A stretch of DNA of 64,000 bases from Chrysemys picta bellii (Eukaryota). Location of the stretch: positions 56,854,001 through 56,918,000 of the forward strand of contig NC_088794.1 of assembly GCF_011386835.1 (NCBI RefSeq), read 5' to 3'. How positions within the stretch are numbered: the first letter of the stretch is position 1; each line of letters begins with the position of its first letter. The translations under genes were made by a program, and so were the position numbers. Positions 48,641 to 61,813 of the stretch are shown in pieces. The notes under the pieces are model-generated. The model had not been told where the DNA came from and searched no databases. It was given only the letters and a program-made list of their open reading frames with translations.

Positions 48641-51157
48641 CCAAACCTGGAGGAACCTGCACTATAACCCTACTGTAATTAAAAGTTGCAAAACGTTTTC
48701 CCTCATAAAACCATGCTTACAATTGACCACAGGCTTTTGGGTGTGTACGGGAGGGAAGGAATCAGTTTTGAGACTGACATTTTCAATGGTTGGTCTTTGT
48801 CCAAAGGCCAATTTTGTGTGTGTGAAAGTTTCAGAGGAGAAGTTCCACATAATTTTAAGATAGTGGAAGAAAATAAATTTTCCCCCATTGTGAAAAAAAG
48901 GTCAAGCATAAATTTTGGAGTAGGCTCCAGCCAAAGGAGCTGAACTGCGAAAATCTGTCTGAACATAATCCTCACAGAGGCAGCTTTGAAGCTAACAAAG
49001 TGATGAGTATTTTAAAACTGATGATTGAGAACTTACAGTAGATATTTAAGTTTTCAGTTGCGCATTTCAGGAGACGCACACCAGGGATGACTTGGGAAAG
49101 AGTAAGCCTCGGGGCAAATTAAGAGGCAAAAGCTAGGCCAGTGTCATTTGTTCAAAGACAGACATCCAGATGTACTAGTCAGCACCCCAAAACGGAGGCG
49201 GCTTCTTAAAAGAGCTCAGCTCCCAACATGCCCAGTTCTTTTGAAAATCTGGCCCAATTGTGGGCAGTGAGCTTGTCTGAAATTCTGGCCAAAACTGCAT
49301 TGGGACAACAGTTTTACTGACCAACGCTTCTCCCTCCACCAGTTTTCCCTTTGAAAAAGTTGTAGGAAAAATGCAAAAAAATTGACAGCAACAATGAAGT
49401 TGCATAGTTAAACATTATTTTTAAAGTCAAAATGCAAGCGTTACGGGTCCTGGAGCATTAACTCAATCTCACTGAACACATGATACATGAGCAATGGAGT
49501 GTGGTGTGTGCTTCAGAGACCTAGTCCCTGCACCAGAGTTGAAAATCTAAATTCATACATGACAAGTAAGGGCTGAAGACTTCAACCTCCTAAAGAGGAA
49601 AGGAGTGGGGAGCAGGAAGAGAAGAGGACGACAAAAAGGTTACCATAGTACAATGAGAGAATTACTCAGTAAGACATGTACATACAAGTGTGGTATTTTC
49701 CATTCCTGTTTTTAGTTAAATGGATACCTTACATTATGCTATGTTAAAAGTACGCCCAGGAGTGCAATGCAGCTATAACTATCAGAACCTTAACTGTCCT
49801 TTTTCTTGGCCATTAATACTGCATTTTCAGACACTATATTGTCCGTTTTGTCCACTTCATTCCATTTTCCTGAGGTCTTGCTGAAGTTTAACTAGAAACA
49901 ATTGCAGCCTTACAACTTCAAGCTGTGAGATCATACATCTCACAAGCCAAAGAGGGCCCGATTGGGGCAGTATTCAGATAGGAGACCAATGAAAACCAAG
50001 GAGCTGTGCTAGTGATATGGATGGCAATATACTTCCCGAGTCGGTATTAAACCAATGTGCCGGCACTTCTTCAGGAAGCACTGAGCCCTAGAAGGTGCAG
50101 TCTTTTAAAGATGTGAAACCAGAGCACGGTGAAAAGGAGAGCATATTGGCACACACTCAAGTTTCTGGTAAGCCCTAGTGCTTGCCCTCTTCCCATGTAG
50201 AGTTAAGATGTGAAACCACTATGGTCACATACAAAGGAACTACTCAAAGCATCAAACCTTGGGGTCAGGTAGCAGCAGCAGCAGAGGATGCATTATATTG
50301 TTCTTCAGGAACCTGTCTAGCCAATCCAGAAAGGGTACTAATGAGGCCCAGTGGGAATCTCATCCAGACGAGATTGATTGGTTGGCAGAACGTAGGGCCT
50401 CTGAGGTGGGCTGGTGCTAAGGAACCAAGGAGGCAAACAGAGCACTATTAGTTATCCTAATATTGCTCTGAACTTTCCCACATGAAGCTATTTCTCTCCA
50501 ACCTTCCCTGCCCCAGGATATTTCATTGGGCTTACTCTGTTCCCATTTCTAATTAAAAAGCAGAGCTAGGTATCGGCAGTTTATTAGTTTGGATAGCAAC
50601 GAGATTGAAAAGAGCCCGGGACGCCATATGGTTTTGATTTTAGAAATGTGTTCGGATTATGGAACACTGGAGACTTCCTTTAAAAAACTCAAAAGCTTTT
50701 ACAGCTATTAGAAGTTCAGTAAAGTATAATTAAAACCAACCTCCTTATAGAAGGCTTAAGATAAAATGCAGCCCTAAAAGGCAGTGCCAGAAGGGGCTCA
50801 ACCTTTTCTCTTGCCAAAACAGAAATTGGCCTAATTGCCTTCAAGTGCATTCTTCTGTGGCCAAGATCTGACCCTGCAAGGATGGGAGGGGGGGAAATCT
50901 AATATTTACATCTGGGCTATTCTGGGATGTTTTACACGGGACTTGTTTTACTGTATTTTGTCATAGTGTCTGATGGATATCCATGATAAAATGACTATCC
51001 ATTAACGAGATCCTGGAGCACAGCTCAAGCCACACCCCCTTCATCACCTTTCCCAATGAAAAGGCCACGTTTTATGCACCGCCTGTAGTTTAAGCTTCTG
51101 TTGACAAGTATCCGCCCAGAGAGCCTCATGAGTTTGGGTTTTAAAACAACTTGGAGC

Positions 51158-51330
51158 ACATAGACTTTAAGGTCTCAAGGGACCATCATGATCATCTGGT
51201 CCAACCTCCTGCACATTGCAGGCCACAGAGCCTCCCCCACTACTCCTGTAATAGACCCCTCAGCTCTGGCTAAGTTGCTCAAATCATGGGTTAAAGACTT
51301 CAAGTTACAGAGAATCTACCACTTACATTA
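51158..51330 (-). mobile_element. CR1 3' end fragment
   Basis: CATAGACTTTAAGGTCTCAAGGGACCATCATGATCATCTGGTCCAACCTCCTGCACATTGCAGGCC is a reverse CR1 tail. Confidence 0.75.
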
Positions 51331-54300
51331 ACAAAAAACAAAAGTCACCTGCTTTTAGGGGCATTTCCCCCTTCCCGCATGTGCATAACACCCAAAGAGT
51401 TAGGAGGCATTGTTTGTCAAGAAGACAACACACACACACCTTTCACCTTGTTTATGCCCGCTTCCCACTCCCAAGATTTTATACAGTTGCTATCACTGGT
51501 GCAGTGCCTCTGGTATGACGGTGGTAAAAAATGACAGCTACCACTGGTGCCTTGTTCAGACGAGAGCTCTCTCATTACTACCATAAGAGGAGCTGCACTA
51601 GTAGTAGCTTTGAGGAAAAAAGACCTGTATTGTAGGTTCTCACACTCCTATTCATGCATATACAGATCGGACAAGTATATGATTCAGTCTAATGCCTCTT
51701 ACCCCACGGATTTCTTTGGAATTACATATGTTACTCAAGAACTGAAGAGTGCGTCTTAGAATGGGAGCAGTATAACAAGGACATCCATTCTTAAAGGAAT
51801 GCCCTACTGGCGTAGAGTACTTGATAATGCTTCTTGAAGTTATAGTATCTCTGGAAAAACAAGCCTCCTGACATGACAGCTACATACTTCTGGAGCTTCC
51901 TGTAAGCTAGGGCTGAAAAAGAACACAGCTTGCCTTCCAATTTTAGGTATGTGTGAGTGCAAGTGTTACAAGTCCTGTGCATGTGATTAATAACCCCGTA
52001 AAACCAAACCACCCCCAAACCCCAATAAACCTGATGCAAAGTATGTTTTCCCAAACTATAAATCAGCAGGCTTAGCTTCATAAAAGCTGCTCTTATTGGA
52101 GCACATTAGATGATCATCCAAGAATGAACGCAGCTTCAGAGACTAGCTGAACAGCTTAGACAATTAAACATGCTATCCTTGTTGTAAATCAGAAACTAAT
52201 ACATAGTACTATACTATAATTCTGAGTGACAACTGTGTGTGATTAGTGCACTGCTCCAATCCCAAACTGGGCCTAAAATTCAACAGTAATACTACAGTTT
52301 GCATGACTTCCAGTCCTACCCTCAGTTCCCAGTCTCTTCTCTTGCACGGCCCTTTGGCTTTACAACAGCTGAACTTCATTATCACAAACCCACAGGGATA
52401 AAAGTCTGCATGTAAAATGTCAAGCTGGATTGTATTTTAATTTAGTAAAGGCCACAATTCAGAAACCTGGTTTTGTGGCTGTTAATTTTTCTTTTCCCCA
52501 CCCCTTTTTTTGAAGGCAGATCAGATTTTATTGGTGAAAAATTTAATTTTGCAGAGAAGCGATACGATCTTAGCCACAACCCTCCGGACTTGCAGCTTCA
52601 AGAGGAAATAAAAAGCAGGCACCCAAGTGACACAGGAGTGGGAAGGCTTTTTGCTTCTAAATTTCACAAGGTCATAGGTTTGTAAGACTGTTGCTTCTTC
52701 TCTGCTCCCTTCCCCTTCAAACACCACGTCTGGGCTTTTCCAAGTTTTAGTATGGGGGATTTAAACACACATTTATGGCACTTGGAAACTGGCCAGAATT
52801 CAAGTTGCCTAAAGCAGAGCTACTGCAACTTTCTCAGACGGCGGAGCACACTCAGGGATGTTGCCCTATGAACACTTCCCCTACTTTTTGCAAAGGTGTA
52901 ACCGTTGCAACTGCAACAATCACATGAAACAATTACACAGAAAAGTAATTTGGAGAATATTGGGTATGTTTAGCTGTCTTCAATGCACTAAATATCTTGC
53001 CCCTTTAGAAAAAGCTGGTCATACTGTCCCCTTTCGTTCGTTTTATTTCTCTCTGTTGAGAGCACAGTGTTATCACATAGCTATGTTCAGACCATCAACA
53101 AGTGATCTGGATCACAAGAGGTTCCTAAACAGGTCTGTGAACCACTGCTCTAAAGATCATGAGATTAGCATCGGTAGTTTTAGTGGGCAGCTAAGCTAAT
53201 TAAGGACAGTATTTATGTCTGGAATTGGAGTTAAAAATTGGACAAAATAAAATGCAATAGCAACTTATGCATTTTGTGGCATTCAAAAGCAATCTTACTT
53301 TTACAATCTGTTTTACGAGTGAAAAATTGATAAAATACATATACTTATCACTGAAATGAGTGGACATGCAGTGAAGATGCAACTGATGCACATTTCATCG
53401 TGTTACTTTGTTTAGGGAGTACAATACAATATGGAGGTTGGAGGAGTCTCCTGACTGGAGTAACAGGAACGGAAACAAACTCTTACTTCTCTCTAGGTGC
53501 TGAGCATGAAAGCTAAATGGCCAGTTTATATGCAAGCTGTTTGACAGCTAAAACTGAACCACCAGGCTCTTCAGCAGCAAATATCGGCGGTAAAAATGGT
53601 AGCAGGTCAAATGGAGAATTTTAAAAATCAGAGATAGGATGCGGGGTTCCACTCTGTGACCAGTCACTGACTACGGTAGCAAAACAAGCTTCTGAACATG
53701 CTAACTTTTACACCAGACTAGAATTCTGCCTATTAGATTTTGCTCATTTGTATAAAACTTAGACTTCATCTGAAAGTCTCCCATTATTCCTTCCTTGCTC
53801 TCACCAATAAGGGGTAAGGGAACATCATAGTGGCAATTCAAGTGATAGATGGATTACAGGTAGCTAGAAAGCAAATACAATCCATTTCCAGATGCAGCCA
53901 AGTTATATATGAAAAGTCAGATGGAAAAGCTAGTGCAGTGCTCAGGAATCGGAAAAATGACTAAATGTGAAGCAATTCCTTACTCAGCCATTTAAGCAGC
54001 AGCTTTGTGGGGGAGCAGCAGAATTGGAATTGAGCAATGTTCACTGGTGTACAGGAACAAAGATACATACACCAAGGAAGAAGAGTTTTGTTTTATGTTA
54101 AAATAAGTGAATAGCTTCAATCTATGGCTAATCTGTTCCTTGTGGCTGTCTGTTTCTAGACTTTCACTTCAGGACCTCTGGCCCCAAAAAAGCATTCATC
54201 CCCCTTTATACCCTGATGGAGCTAACTGGATCCATCAGCATGACTTGACAGTATTCACATCAAAATCCAATACTGCAACTTAGCACCAGCATCTAAGGTG

Positions 54301-55899
54301 ACTCAGAGGAGCCCTGCAAATCTACATCTGTTATCAGTCTCCATACAGCCTGACAAAAGGCTAGTTTCATGGTACACATTCAAATAAGATAAGTCTCTAC
54401 GAACCAGCTGTTGCTCTCACATGCAGTGCTGGATTCTTTAATTGTGCCCACCACATCATGTCGTATCTGAGATTTGGTCTTTAGAGTATCTTGGAACAGT
54501 TCAGGCTGCAGGTTCTTAGTGCAAAACCAGAACATATTTATATAGTTTGTACATCTTCTGTGCAATGCACCCTCTAATTATGAGATAGTGTTCTGACTGG
54601 CTAAATGTCCCTAAGAAAGGATATCCATAAACTCGTCTCCTAGACCAGAGATAAGCCAACCAGGTTGCAGAAAAGCAACACTGACCAAGTTAGTTCTCTA
54701 TAAAGACTACAGGTTACTGTATTTGACGCTTAACAGGATAACTGGAGATAGCATATAAGCTACTGCCCTCTAATCAGTCAGCACTCCAGGAATAAAATGT
54801 CAGGAGACCATTTATTTTTTATCTAGTTCCAATTTATCGCAATTAGAGTAATCCAACAAGCCATTTAGCAGAGAACGCAGAGAGAATATTTTCTCTAGGA
54901 ATATTTACATAAAGTAGCCTTTTCTATAATTCATTTGCAGTTAAGAAACAAGTCAAGTGACACTTAAGTAGTTTTACCTAATATAAGAATAAACCTGTTA
55001 CCATTCATATCTGAAACAGGATTAAAAAACTTGTCACATGAATAAAAACCCTCACAAATCAAACAGTGCAAAGGGACTGTCAGATCTGTTTGTACTCAAA
55101 ACTATTCCAAGGCTGTAATCCAATCAAACATTTCTACCAAAGTGAGTGCACAAGGACAGTGCTCCTGGATTGGAAGTGACAGAACTCTGGTTTTGATTGT
55201 ATATCCACACAAATAAGTTTTTATGCTGTTACTCATGTTTTAACATCTAAGATATGCTGCTCTTGTCTTTGTGCAACACGTTTGCAGACTGAGTCGTTAA
55301 CAAGTCCATACACTAGCCTTTCTCCTTTTAAGACCTGGGTTAGAGTCTAGAATCACTTGTTCACATCACTAAGCCACCATGTAGCTTGGTGCACTTCAGT
55401 ACACCCAGAAGCCTCTGCTCAAGAGAACTGCAGGACTGAACTGGGAGAATTCTAGAGATATGAGTGGGAGCAAGTTGAGAGCCTTTGCCTTCTCCTCCCA
55501 ACCAGATGCCACCATATTGGAGAGTCGGAGATCAAGCATATGGCCCACTCACAGTGGAGACTGATCCTAACCAAGTTACTAGTGCACTCCCCACTGTGAT
55601 AATACTTAGCATTCACATAGCACTTTAGATGGTCAAATGAGAGGTACACTGAAATCAGTCAGCATGGAATAAAGTTGGAGCATCTTGAAATGTCATAATT
55701 AAGGCAGGGAAGATGAGAATTCTGCTAGACAGTTCAAGGACTAAGTGGCCAATATGGAGGACTATTCCAAGATCGCACAGGAAAAAGGAACCTGTACTGC
55801 AACTGGCAATCTGGGAAGTAACCGATATGGAGTACCTTATGGACAAAGTGTAGCAAAAAGACAGTACAGATTAATGCTAGTCAGGGAAAGTACCACATG

Positions 55900-56135
55900 A
55901 TTCAATAAGGGGCACAAACATAACTGATGGATTTAAAGTCACTGAGCTACTGACATGCTTTTTCCCAGCCAGTCTTGAACAAGAGGTATGGACCATTAGA
56001 AAGTAATGAGGACCTTATAAATGAAAATAGCTATTGATAAGAACAGGTAAGGAAATACCTGAAAAAGCTGAATATACCCAAGTCAGCAGTTTGGGGGGAT
56101 ATGCATCCCTGGGCATTGAAAGACTTGGCTAACCG
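55900..56135 (+). mobile_element. Old CR1 ORF2 fragment
   Basis: VRKYLKKLNIPKSAVWGDMHPWALKDLAN resembles CR1 VRDYLEKLD..KS.GPD..HPRVLRELA. Confidence 0.55.
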
Positions 56136-57596
56136 GTAATTATTTTGGGGGGGGGGGGAGGGGAATCACAGAAGCAGGTACTAGGGAGTTGGAAGACATG
56201 CTTAACTCTATGACAAAAAGAGCTGGGCCATTTGGCTTTCAAACAGCATATTGGGGACTTTTAAAAGACTTTAAATTATACTGCCAACATTTTAAGCCCC
56301 AACCCTTTCCAACCTTGCCTGTCTTGCTCTGAGCAGGTTTTCCACATGCATAATATGCAGCCCCTTGATATTGTGGAGTTACCTAACACTGAAGTAACTA
56401 CTAGAGCTCTTCTGGAACAAACCCTTGTCAGTGATGGTGCAAATACTTTATATGAAGAGGGTTCTGTTGGGGGAAAAGGAATCTGGGACAAAGTTTCCCC
56501 ATGAAGAAGCTGCCACACAATTCCCACTATTATTTCATTGGAAGCTTTGGACTGTTATGCCAACTGGATGTTAATTTAGATCACCAAAACCTGAATTAAA
56601 AGTAAAACCAACTAGTTAATTTTCTTTTGGCAAGCTGGGACATTGAAGTGGGCTGTGGTTACTCTAGAAGGTTTGGTAGGATTTGTTTGGCTACTCCCAC
56701 TCCAACGCTGTTGTAAACCGTCTTAGTATATGAAACAAAAAAATAAAACATTTCAGGATTACTTGTTCTTGAACGACTCTGATGTGCCTAGGGAATTAGG
56801 ACGATGGATGATCTTGCATACCATAACACAGTGTGCTGACATAGAAGTCAGCTGAGAACTAAGTGTTGGGATTCATCCTGAATTACCTCTACAGTCTTTT
56901 CAGTAACTGCAGTGATGCTCTGTGTTTTGCAGTACAGTATGTTCTGCTTCTTATTATTTGTAAAAGTTTATAATGAAGCAATGTGATCCCATGTCTCTGT
57001 TTTGTGATTAGGAGAGGTCTTCCAAATTAAGGGTGAAAAGACAACTTGGGTGACACGGTACCATAATACAAAAGGAGAGACCACAGAATTTCGGATGAAC
57101 ATAAAGCCAACTATGTATGGGTGTTGATAAATTCACGTTTCAAACGTCATTAGCTATGAGGCCTTAAGATTAGACAAACTGAGGGGATCATGCAGTGCTC
57201 CCTGCTGTATTAAGATTATCAACAATTTTGTTTTCAAGTCTGGGAGTGGTACTGGGAGAAATAGCTAACCGACTTGGCCTACTTTGGGTAAGTCCAACTT
57301 GTTTGGGGCTGTTACGCTTCATCTGAAACCTCTTCAGTAATTAACCATTGACATCCATTACAGGAACGAGACAAAGTTACTTCTGACTGTCCTACACTGA
57401 ACTGTAATAATGCTGGTGTACTTGCAGTCTGAAATCTTTGCACTTTTAAAGTATCCCTGTGCTCTACCAGGAGCAGTGGCCCCACTAGTGCTATGAGAAC
57501 ATTTCTCCAATCATACAAATCCTCTCATTGGTGTTACAATCCCAAGTGAGCACTCTTCTGGGGCAAGTGACTCTAGATCAGAGACTGAGCCACCTG

Positions 57597-57680
57597 TCAT
57601 AGACTCAGACTATCAGGGTTGGAAGGGACCTCAGGTGGTCATCTAGTCCCACCCCCTGCTCAAAGCAGGACCAATCACTA
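57597..57680 (-). mobile_element. Tortoise SINE/CR1 3' tail fragment
   Basis: ATCAGGGTTGGAAGGGACCTCAGGTGGTCATCTAGTCC...CTCAAAGCAGGACCAATC, same tail as 16937-17114. Confidence 0.8.
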
Positions 57681-59206
57681 ACTCGGTTCTGTGATCTGCA
57701 GCTGAGCCACCCAAAGAGGCTGTGCTCCTGTTCATGGTTACCCCAGATAAAAGAAGGAGTTCCTAATCATTCTGCATCTTATGGGTTAGGTAGCCAGAGG
57801 TAGCTCAAGTGAGTGTCTGTGACCACAGCAATGACAGCTGCAGCCAGATGTGCATGTCATATGCTTCCCAGCACAAATGGTTGAGGAGGAGAGAATGAGT
57901 CAGCTTGGGTCTGAGAAACAATGTGGACATTGACCTTCTCTAATAAGTGGATGACTGGAGTATTTAAACATTCGTTTCAGTCTCCAGTTTAGAACAAAAT
58001 TTAAAGGCTCTCCACCCACTATTTCCCCTCTTTGCCAACTGATCAAATTACTGTGCAGATGCAGTTGCAGAAATTGAACATTTAAAAAAAGATCCATTCA
58101 GTTTCACGCAGCTTTGGAGGAAGATGGATACTCCCTGAGCTCCCAAACTAGCTCTCTGGCTCTGGCAATAAGCATCTAGAAGCTCCCAGTAGATGCAGTA
58201 ATAGAACCGATTGCCAGTGCTGGAGACCGACTCCCAGCACTACAGGATTAAATTTAACTGCCAGGGGCGAGCAGCAGCCGGAGAGCATACAGCTAAAGAT
58301 TTATAGTGTCAATGACTGTTTCCCATAAGGAAACAATGGTTTAAATGACCTTTTCCATCTTTCTGAAGAGGATATTATGTCATTAAAATGTAAAGAGACA
58401 AGTGCATATTAGTCTTCTGTGACCACTTCAGGCTACCTAGAGATTCGTTCACCTCTTCAGCCAAAGTTTTCCTGCGGGACTACGGTATGCATAAAATCTC
58501 TAGACCAAGGGCATGCTGCCTACCTAACAACGTGGGCCCCTGGAGAGTATTTTTCACACAACTCCAAAGCACTAGCAATGTGATTGTAAACGTATTATTA
58601 AAAGCTGTCAGAGGGGTCATCTCCAAACGCAGCGATTTGAAGGAATGGGACAATGCAAAATTACAGCCACCTCCACCTAGTCATCTCTGCCAAGAGGCTA
58701 TTTTCAAAGTTTTTGAAAATGACTCAGGTACATCCCACTTCACAGGGCTGCTGAGGTTGAGCCCAGTTGCACGGCAAACTTCAGTGCATTTGTAAGATTT
58801 AAGTGCACATGAAAAAACAAAGTGTAGTTTAACAAGCTGTTCAGGTTTTGCCTCATTTCCACTTCAAACACTTTTTGCTAGCAAAGCTTTCCGCCATTTA
58901 ATGTACAAGGGTTTGTGCCCACTGCAAAGAAAAAGAAAGCAAACGCAGAAATAGGGTGACAAAGATTCTCTAATCATTCAGCCAAGTAACTACCGCATGG
59001 GGACTGCGGAAAATACCTTTTTACAGGGTTCAAACCTGCTGCTACACAGGAGCTTTCCTGAGTTTATTTCATACTGTCACCCTGTGCAGAGAAGCAAGAA
59101 GTACTTAGGTCTCCCACTACAAGAGGACAGACTGACTTCATTCATCTCTGGCTGTAACCAGCGCTGAGAGGTCACAATGGAATACAGTAATGAAAACGCT
59201 GCTTAC

Positions 59207-59308
59207 TCTGAGCGTCTTTGCAATCGGGGAGGGAGACGACGGGGGAGAGTCAGACTGAGACTTCCTGTTTCGGGTGAACTCCTTGCTCCTGGTGTACAAG
59301 GACGACAT
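59207..59308 (-). CDS. PPP1R12B: First coding exon of the small smooth-muscle subunit M20/M21 (internal PPP1R12B promoter)
   Basis: GGGACCATGT start context, [37 protein letters not shown]|gtaagc donor. Phase 0 joins the HERLSR microexon. Confidence 0.95.
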
Positions 59309-59477
59309 GGTCCCTCCGAGGCAGGAGGGGGATAGCAGCACCTCTGCAAGCAGCAATGAAGTCCAAGTCTTCACTTTCCTTCCGCTACGTGCTGCTGGGT
59401 AGCTCCTTCTCCGAAGTCAGATCAAACAAATTTCATCATTAACACAGTTATGGTAATTTTAAAAGCCTGCTGTTTGC

Positions 59478-59514
59478 AGAGTGATACTTTTAGGCATCAG
59501 AGTGTAGCTTTATA
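59478..59514 (-). promoter_or_regulatory. Candidate M20 core promoter: TATA plus Inr
   Basis: TATAAAG at 59514-59508 and TCA(+1)CTCT (YYANWYY) with +1 at 59482, a spacing of 32 nt. Confidence 0.55.
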
Positions 59515-59637
59515 GTAAACGCTGCCCCACAATGCTTCTTCCTGTTCAAGTTGAAGGGAAAGTGTTAAGGAATACCTGCGTTACAGTCCGGGGTGTTGCA
59601 GCACCGCCCTCAGAATCAAGGCCTGCTTTAAGGTCTT

Positions 59638-59647
59638 CCAAAAAAGG
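59638..59647. promoter_or_regulatory. CArG box (SRF site) upstream of the M20 promoter
   Basis: CCAAAAAAGG fits CC(A/T)6GG, about 160 nt upstream of the predicted TSS. Confidence 0.45.
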
Positions 59648-59950
59648 ATGTTTCCTATGGATCACCCAAAGCCAGAATATTACTGAAGACCTCCAATAAC
59701 TGCAGTAGGTAGAACCCCTCCAGTCCTACAAGGGTGAAGCCAGAGGAATAGCTAGTTTTATCCAAATAGGAAGCTTTTGCAAGAAACCTGTTTCACTCCA
59801 CAGCCGATAGCTCTCTGCTGTAGCAGCAGAGCAGAGCTGCATGATTTAAGAGAAACAAAACTGTATAAATCAGGAACGAGCACTGTTTCAGAAAGGGGCA
59901 GTCCAGATGAAGTTGTGTTTTGTTCCGTCCTCCTCGTTACAGAAGGCTTT

Positions 59951-59971
59951 ACACACACACACACACACACA
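59951..59971. repeat. (AC)10 microsatellite
   Basis: Direct reading of the sequence. Confidence 0.95.
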
Positions 59972-60719
59972 ATCTTCCCTCCCCTCTTGCTATTTTCTGA
60001 CATTCCAAATCCTTACTTGTTCAGCAAAGAATGCTGGAGGGAGGCCAAAGCCAAAGATTCACTTTCAACTTGGGATCCAGGCTGCCACTTGTAGGAAGAA
60101 GAAAACATGCAAACTCCCATGGCGAAGAGAGCTCAGAGCTGGAGGTCACACAAATTCATAACACTATGCAAGATCTAAATTCCAAGCTACTATTTTGCAG
60201 CTGGCTAGGTCAAAGGCTGCTTACTTAGGAAGATACGGTAACAGAACAACATTTCAGGCTACCATTAGACAGAATGCAGGCTTACACCGAGTACAACATT
60301 TGGAGGACAAGTGGGTTTTTTTAAAAGTCTGGTTAGAGCTATGAGCAGGCAAGCTGAGCCTGTCTGATGTGCTGGCATTCAAACAGGCGCTTTTTTTTTT
60401 TTTGCGCTCTCCCCCCGTCCCCCCCCCCCCCTTTTTTTTTTTTTTAAACACAGGTGTGTAGCTGGACAGCCCCTCTGCCTGGATTTTTTTTAACCTCCAA
60501 ACTCATGCACCCTGCCCTGCACCCTGCCAGTCGGCTTGTCAATTCTGGATACAGTCTTTATTGCACAAACTGGCCTGTCAGGAAAGCGGTTTTGAATTTT
60601 CAGTGCTGGCAAATAAAGAAAAATAACACTTTGCACATCTGAATAAATGCACTTGATAGGCCGACCAAATGCCACTCAAATCCAAATCAAATAAGAATAA
60701 ACGATACATTTATTTGAAC

Positions 60720-61065
60720 GACTGCACATGAAGCATGCCCGAGGTGCTCTGGGAGGGGATGCAAGCACTTTGGAGGACGGGATTAGAATTCAAAACAGAC
60801 CCTGGCAAATTGCAGAATTGATCAATAAAATGAAATTAAATAAACACAAGTGCAAAGTATTTGCTTAGGAAGGAACAATCAAATGCACAACTACAAAATA
60901 GGGAACAACAGGCTAGCGGATAGTATTGCTGGAAAAGATCTGGGGGTTACTGCACACCACAAATTGAATATCAGTCAGTGTGATGCAGTTACCAAAAAGG
61001 CTAATATTCTGGGGTGTATTAACAGGAGTGTTGCATGTAAGACGTGGGAGATAAACGGGTGGGGC
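60720..61065 (+). mobile_element. CR1 ORF2 C-terminal fragment, target of the Gypsy insertion
   Basis: LGRNNQMHNYKIGNNRLADSIAGKDLGVTAHHKLNISQCDAVTKKANILGCINRSVACKTWE follows the CR1 RT C-terminal consensus. Confidence 0.88.
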
Positions 61066-61473
61066 TGTGACGAACTGGACCTGTTCTTACTGTGGTCTGT
61101 GAATGCTGACAGGGGAGTGTGGCTAGGATAGTCTGCATTGGGGGATGGGAGTCTGCCCGAAGGCGAATACCTGAGCGTGTAAAATGAGAACCCAGGAAGG
61201 GGTTGGAGGCCAGGTGACACCTTAGCCCGGGAAACTGAATGGCTGGGAGGCCGAGATGGCTCTGACCCCCCAAAGGGGGGTGGGCTGGGGTGCCCTGGGA
61301 CCCCAAGCTGGACCTAACTGAGGAGGGCCCTGTTGTCTGTGCCTGCAAGACCTGTCTTGGACTGTATTCCTGTCATCCAAATAAACCTTCTGCTTTACTG
61401 GCTGGCTGAGAGTCATGGTGAATCGCAGGAAGCCGGGGGTGCAGGGCCCTGAGTCCCCCAATACTCCGTGACA
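61066..61473 (+). mobile_element. 5' LTR (408 bp) of a Gmr1-like Gypsy retrotransposon
   Basis: TGTGACG...CGTGACA termini, AATAAA at 61380-61385, followed after 2 nt by a PBS. Confidence 0.93.
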
Positions 61474-61475
61474 AC

Positions 61476-61493
61476 TGGTGGCAGCGGTGGGAT
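61476..61493 (+). promoter_or_regulatory. Primer-binding site for tRNA-Leu
   Basis: TGGTGGCAGCGGTGGGAT is the reverse complement of the vertebrate tRNA-Leu(AAG/TAG) 3' end ATCCCACCGCTGCCACCA (18/18). Confidence 0.9.
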
Positions 61494-61813
61494 CTACTGC
61501 ACCCCGTGGACGGCGCTTCCTGCAGTAAGTGACTGGGGAGCAGTAAAACGAAGGGGGATTGACGGGGACCAGGCGTGCTGAAGAGTGAGAGAGAGACGGT
61601 TATTACCCCTGGGAGTGTGTGACCAGCGAGAAGGACTTTTGCGGTAACAGGGTCCCCCGGGGGGATCGCAGCGAGTGGTCCCAGGGGCGGAGGAGTCTGC
61701 AGCTCGACCCTGGCAGAGAGGTGGTGACCTCGAGAAGGGCTGGCACACTAGGGGTCCCCCTGGGAACTGTGGGGAGCTGTGAGCACACAGGCCGGTGAGT
61801 GGCCAGCAGGAAG

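Noticed and set aside
49000-49025. GTGATGA...CTGA resembling C/D snoRNA boxes
   Set aside because: The boxes are only about 11 nt apart with no terminal stem, too short for a snoRNA.
59138-59374. 78-aa ORF as listed in the track
   Set aside because: Its upstream start is a GTG and its tail reads into an intron. Only 59207-59308 is supported as coding.
59762-59770. CCAAATAGG as a second CArG box
   Set aside because: Only five A/T bases between CC and GG, so it does not fit CC(A/T)6GG.
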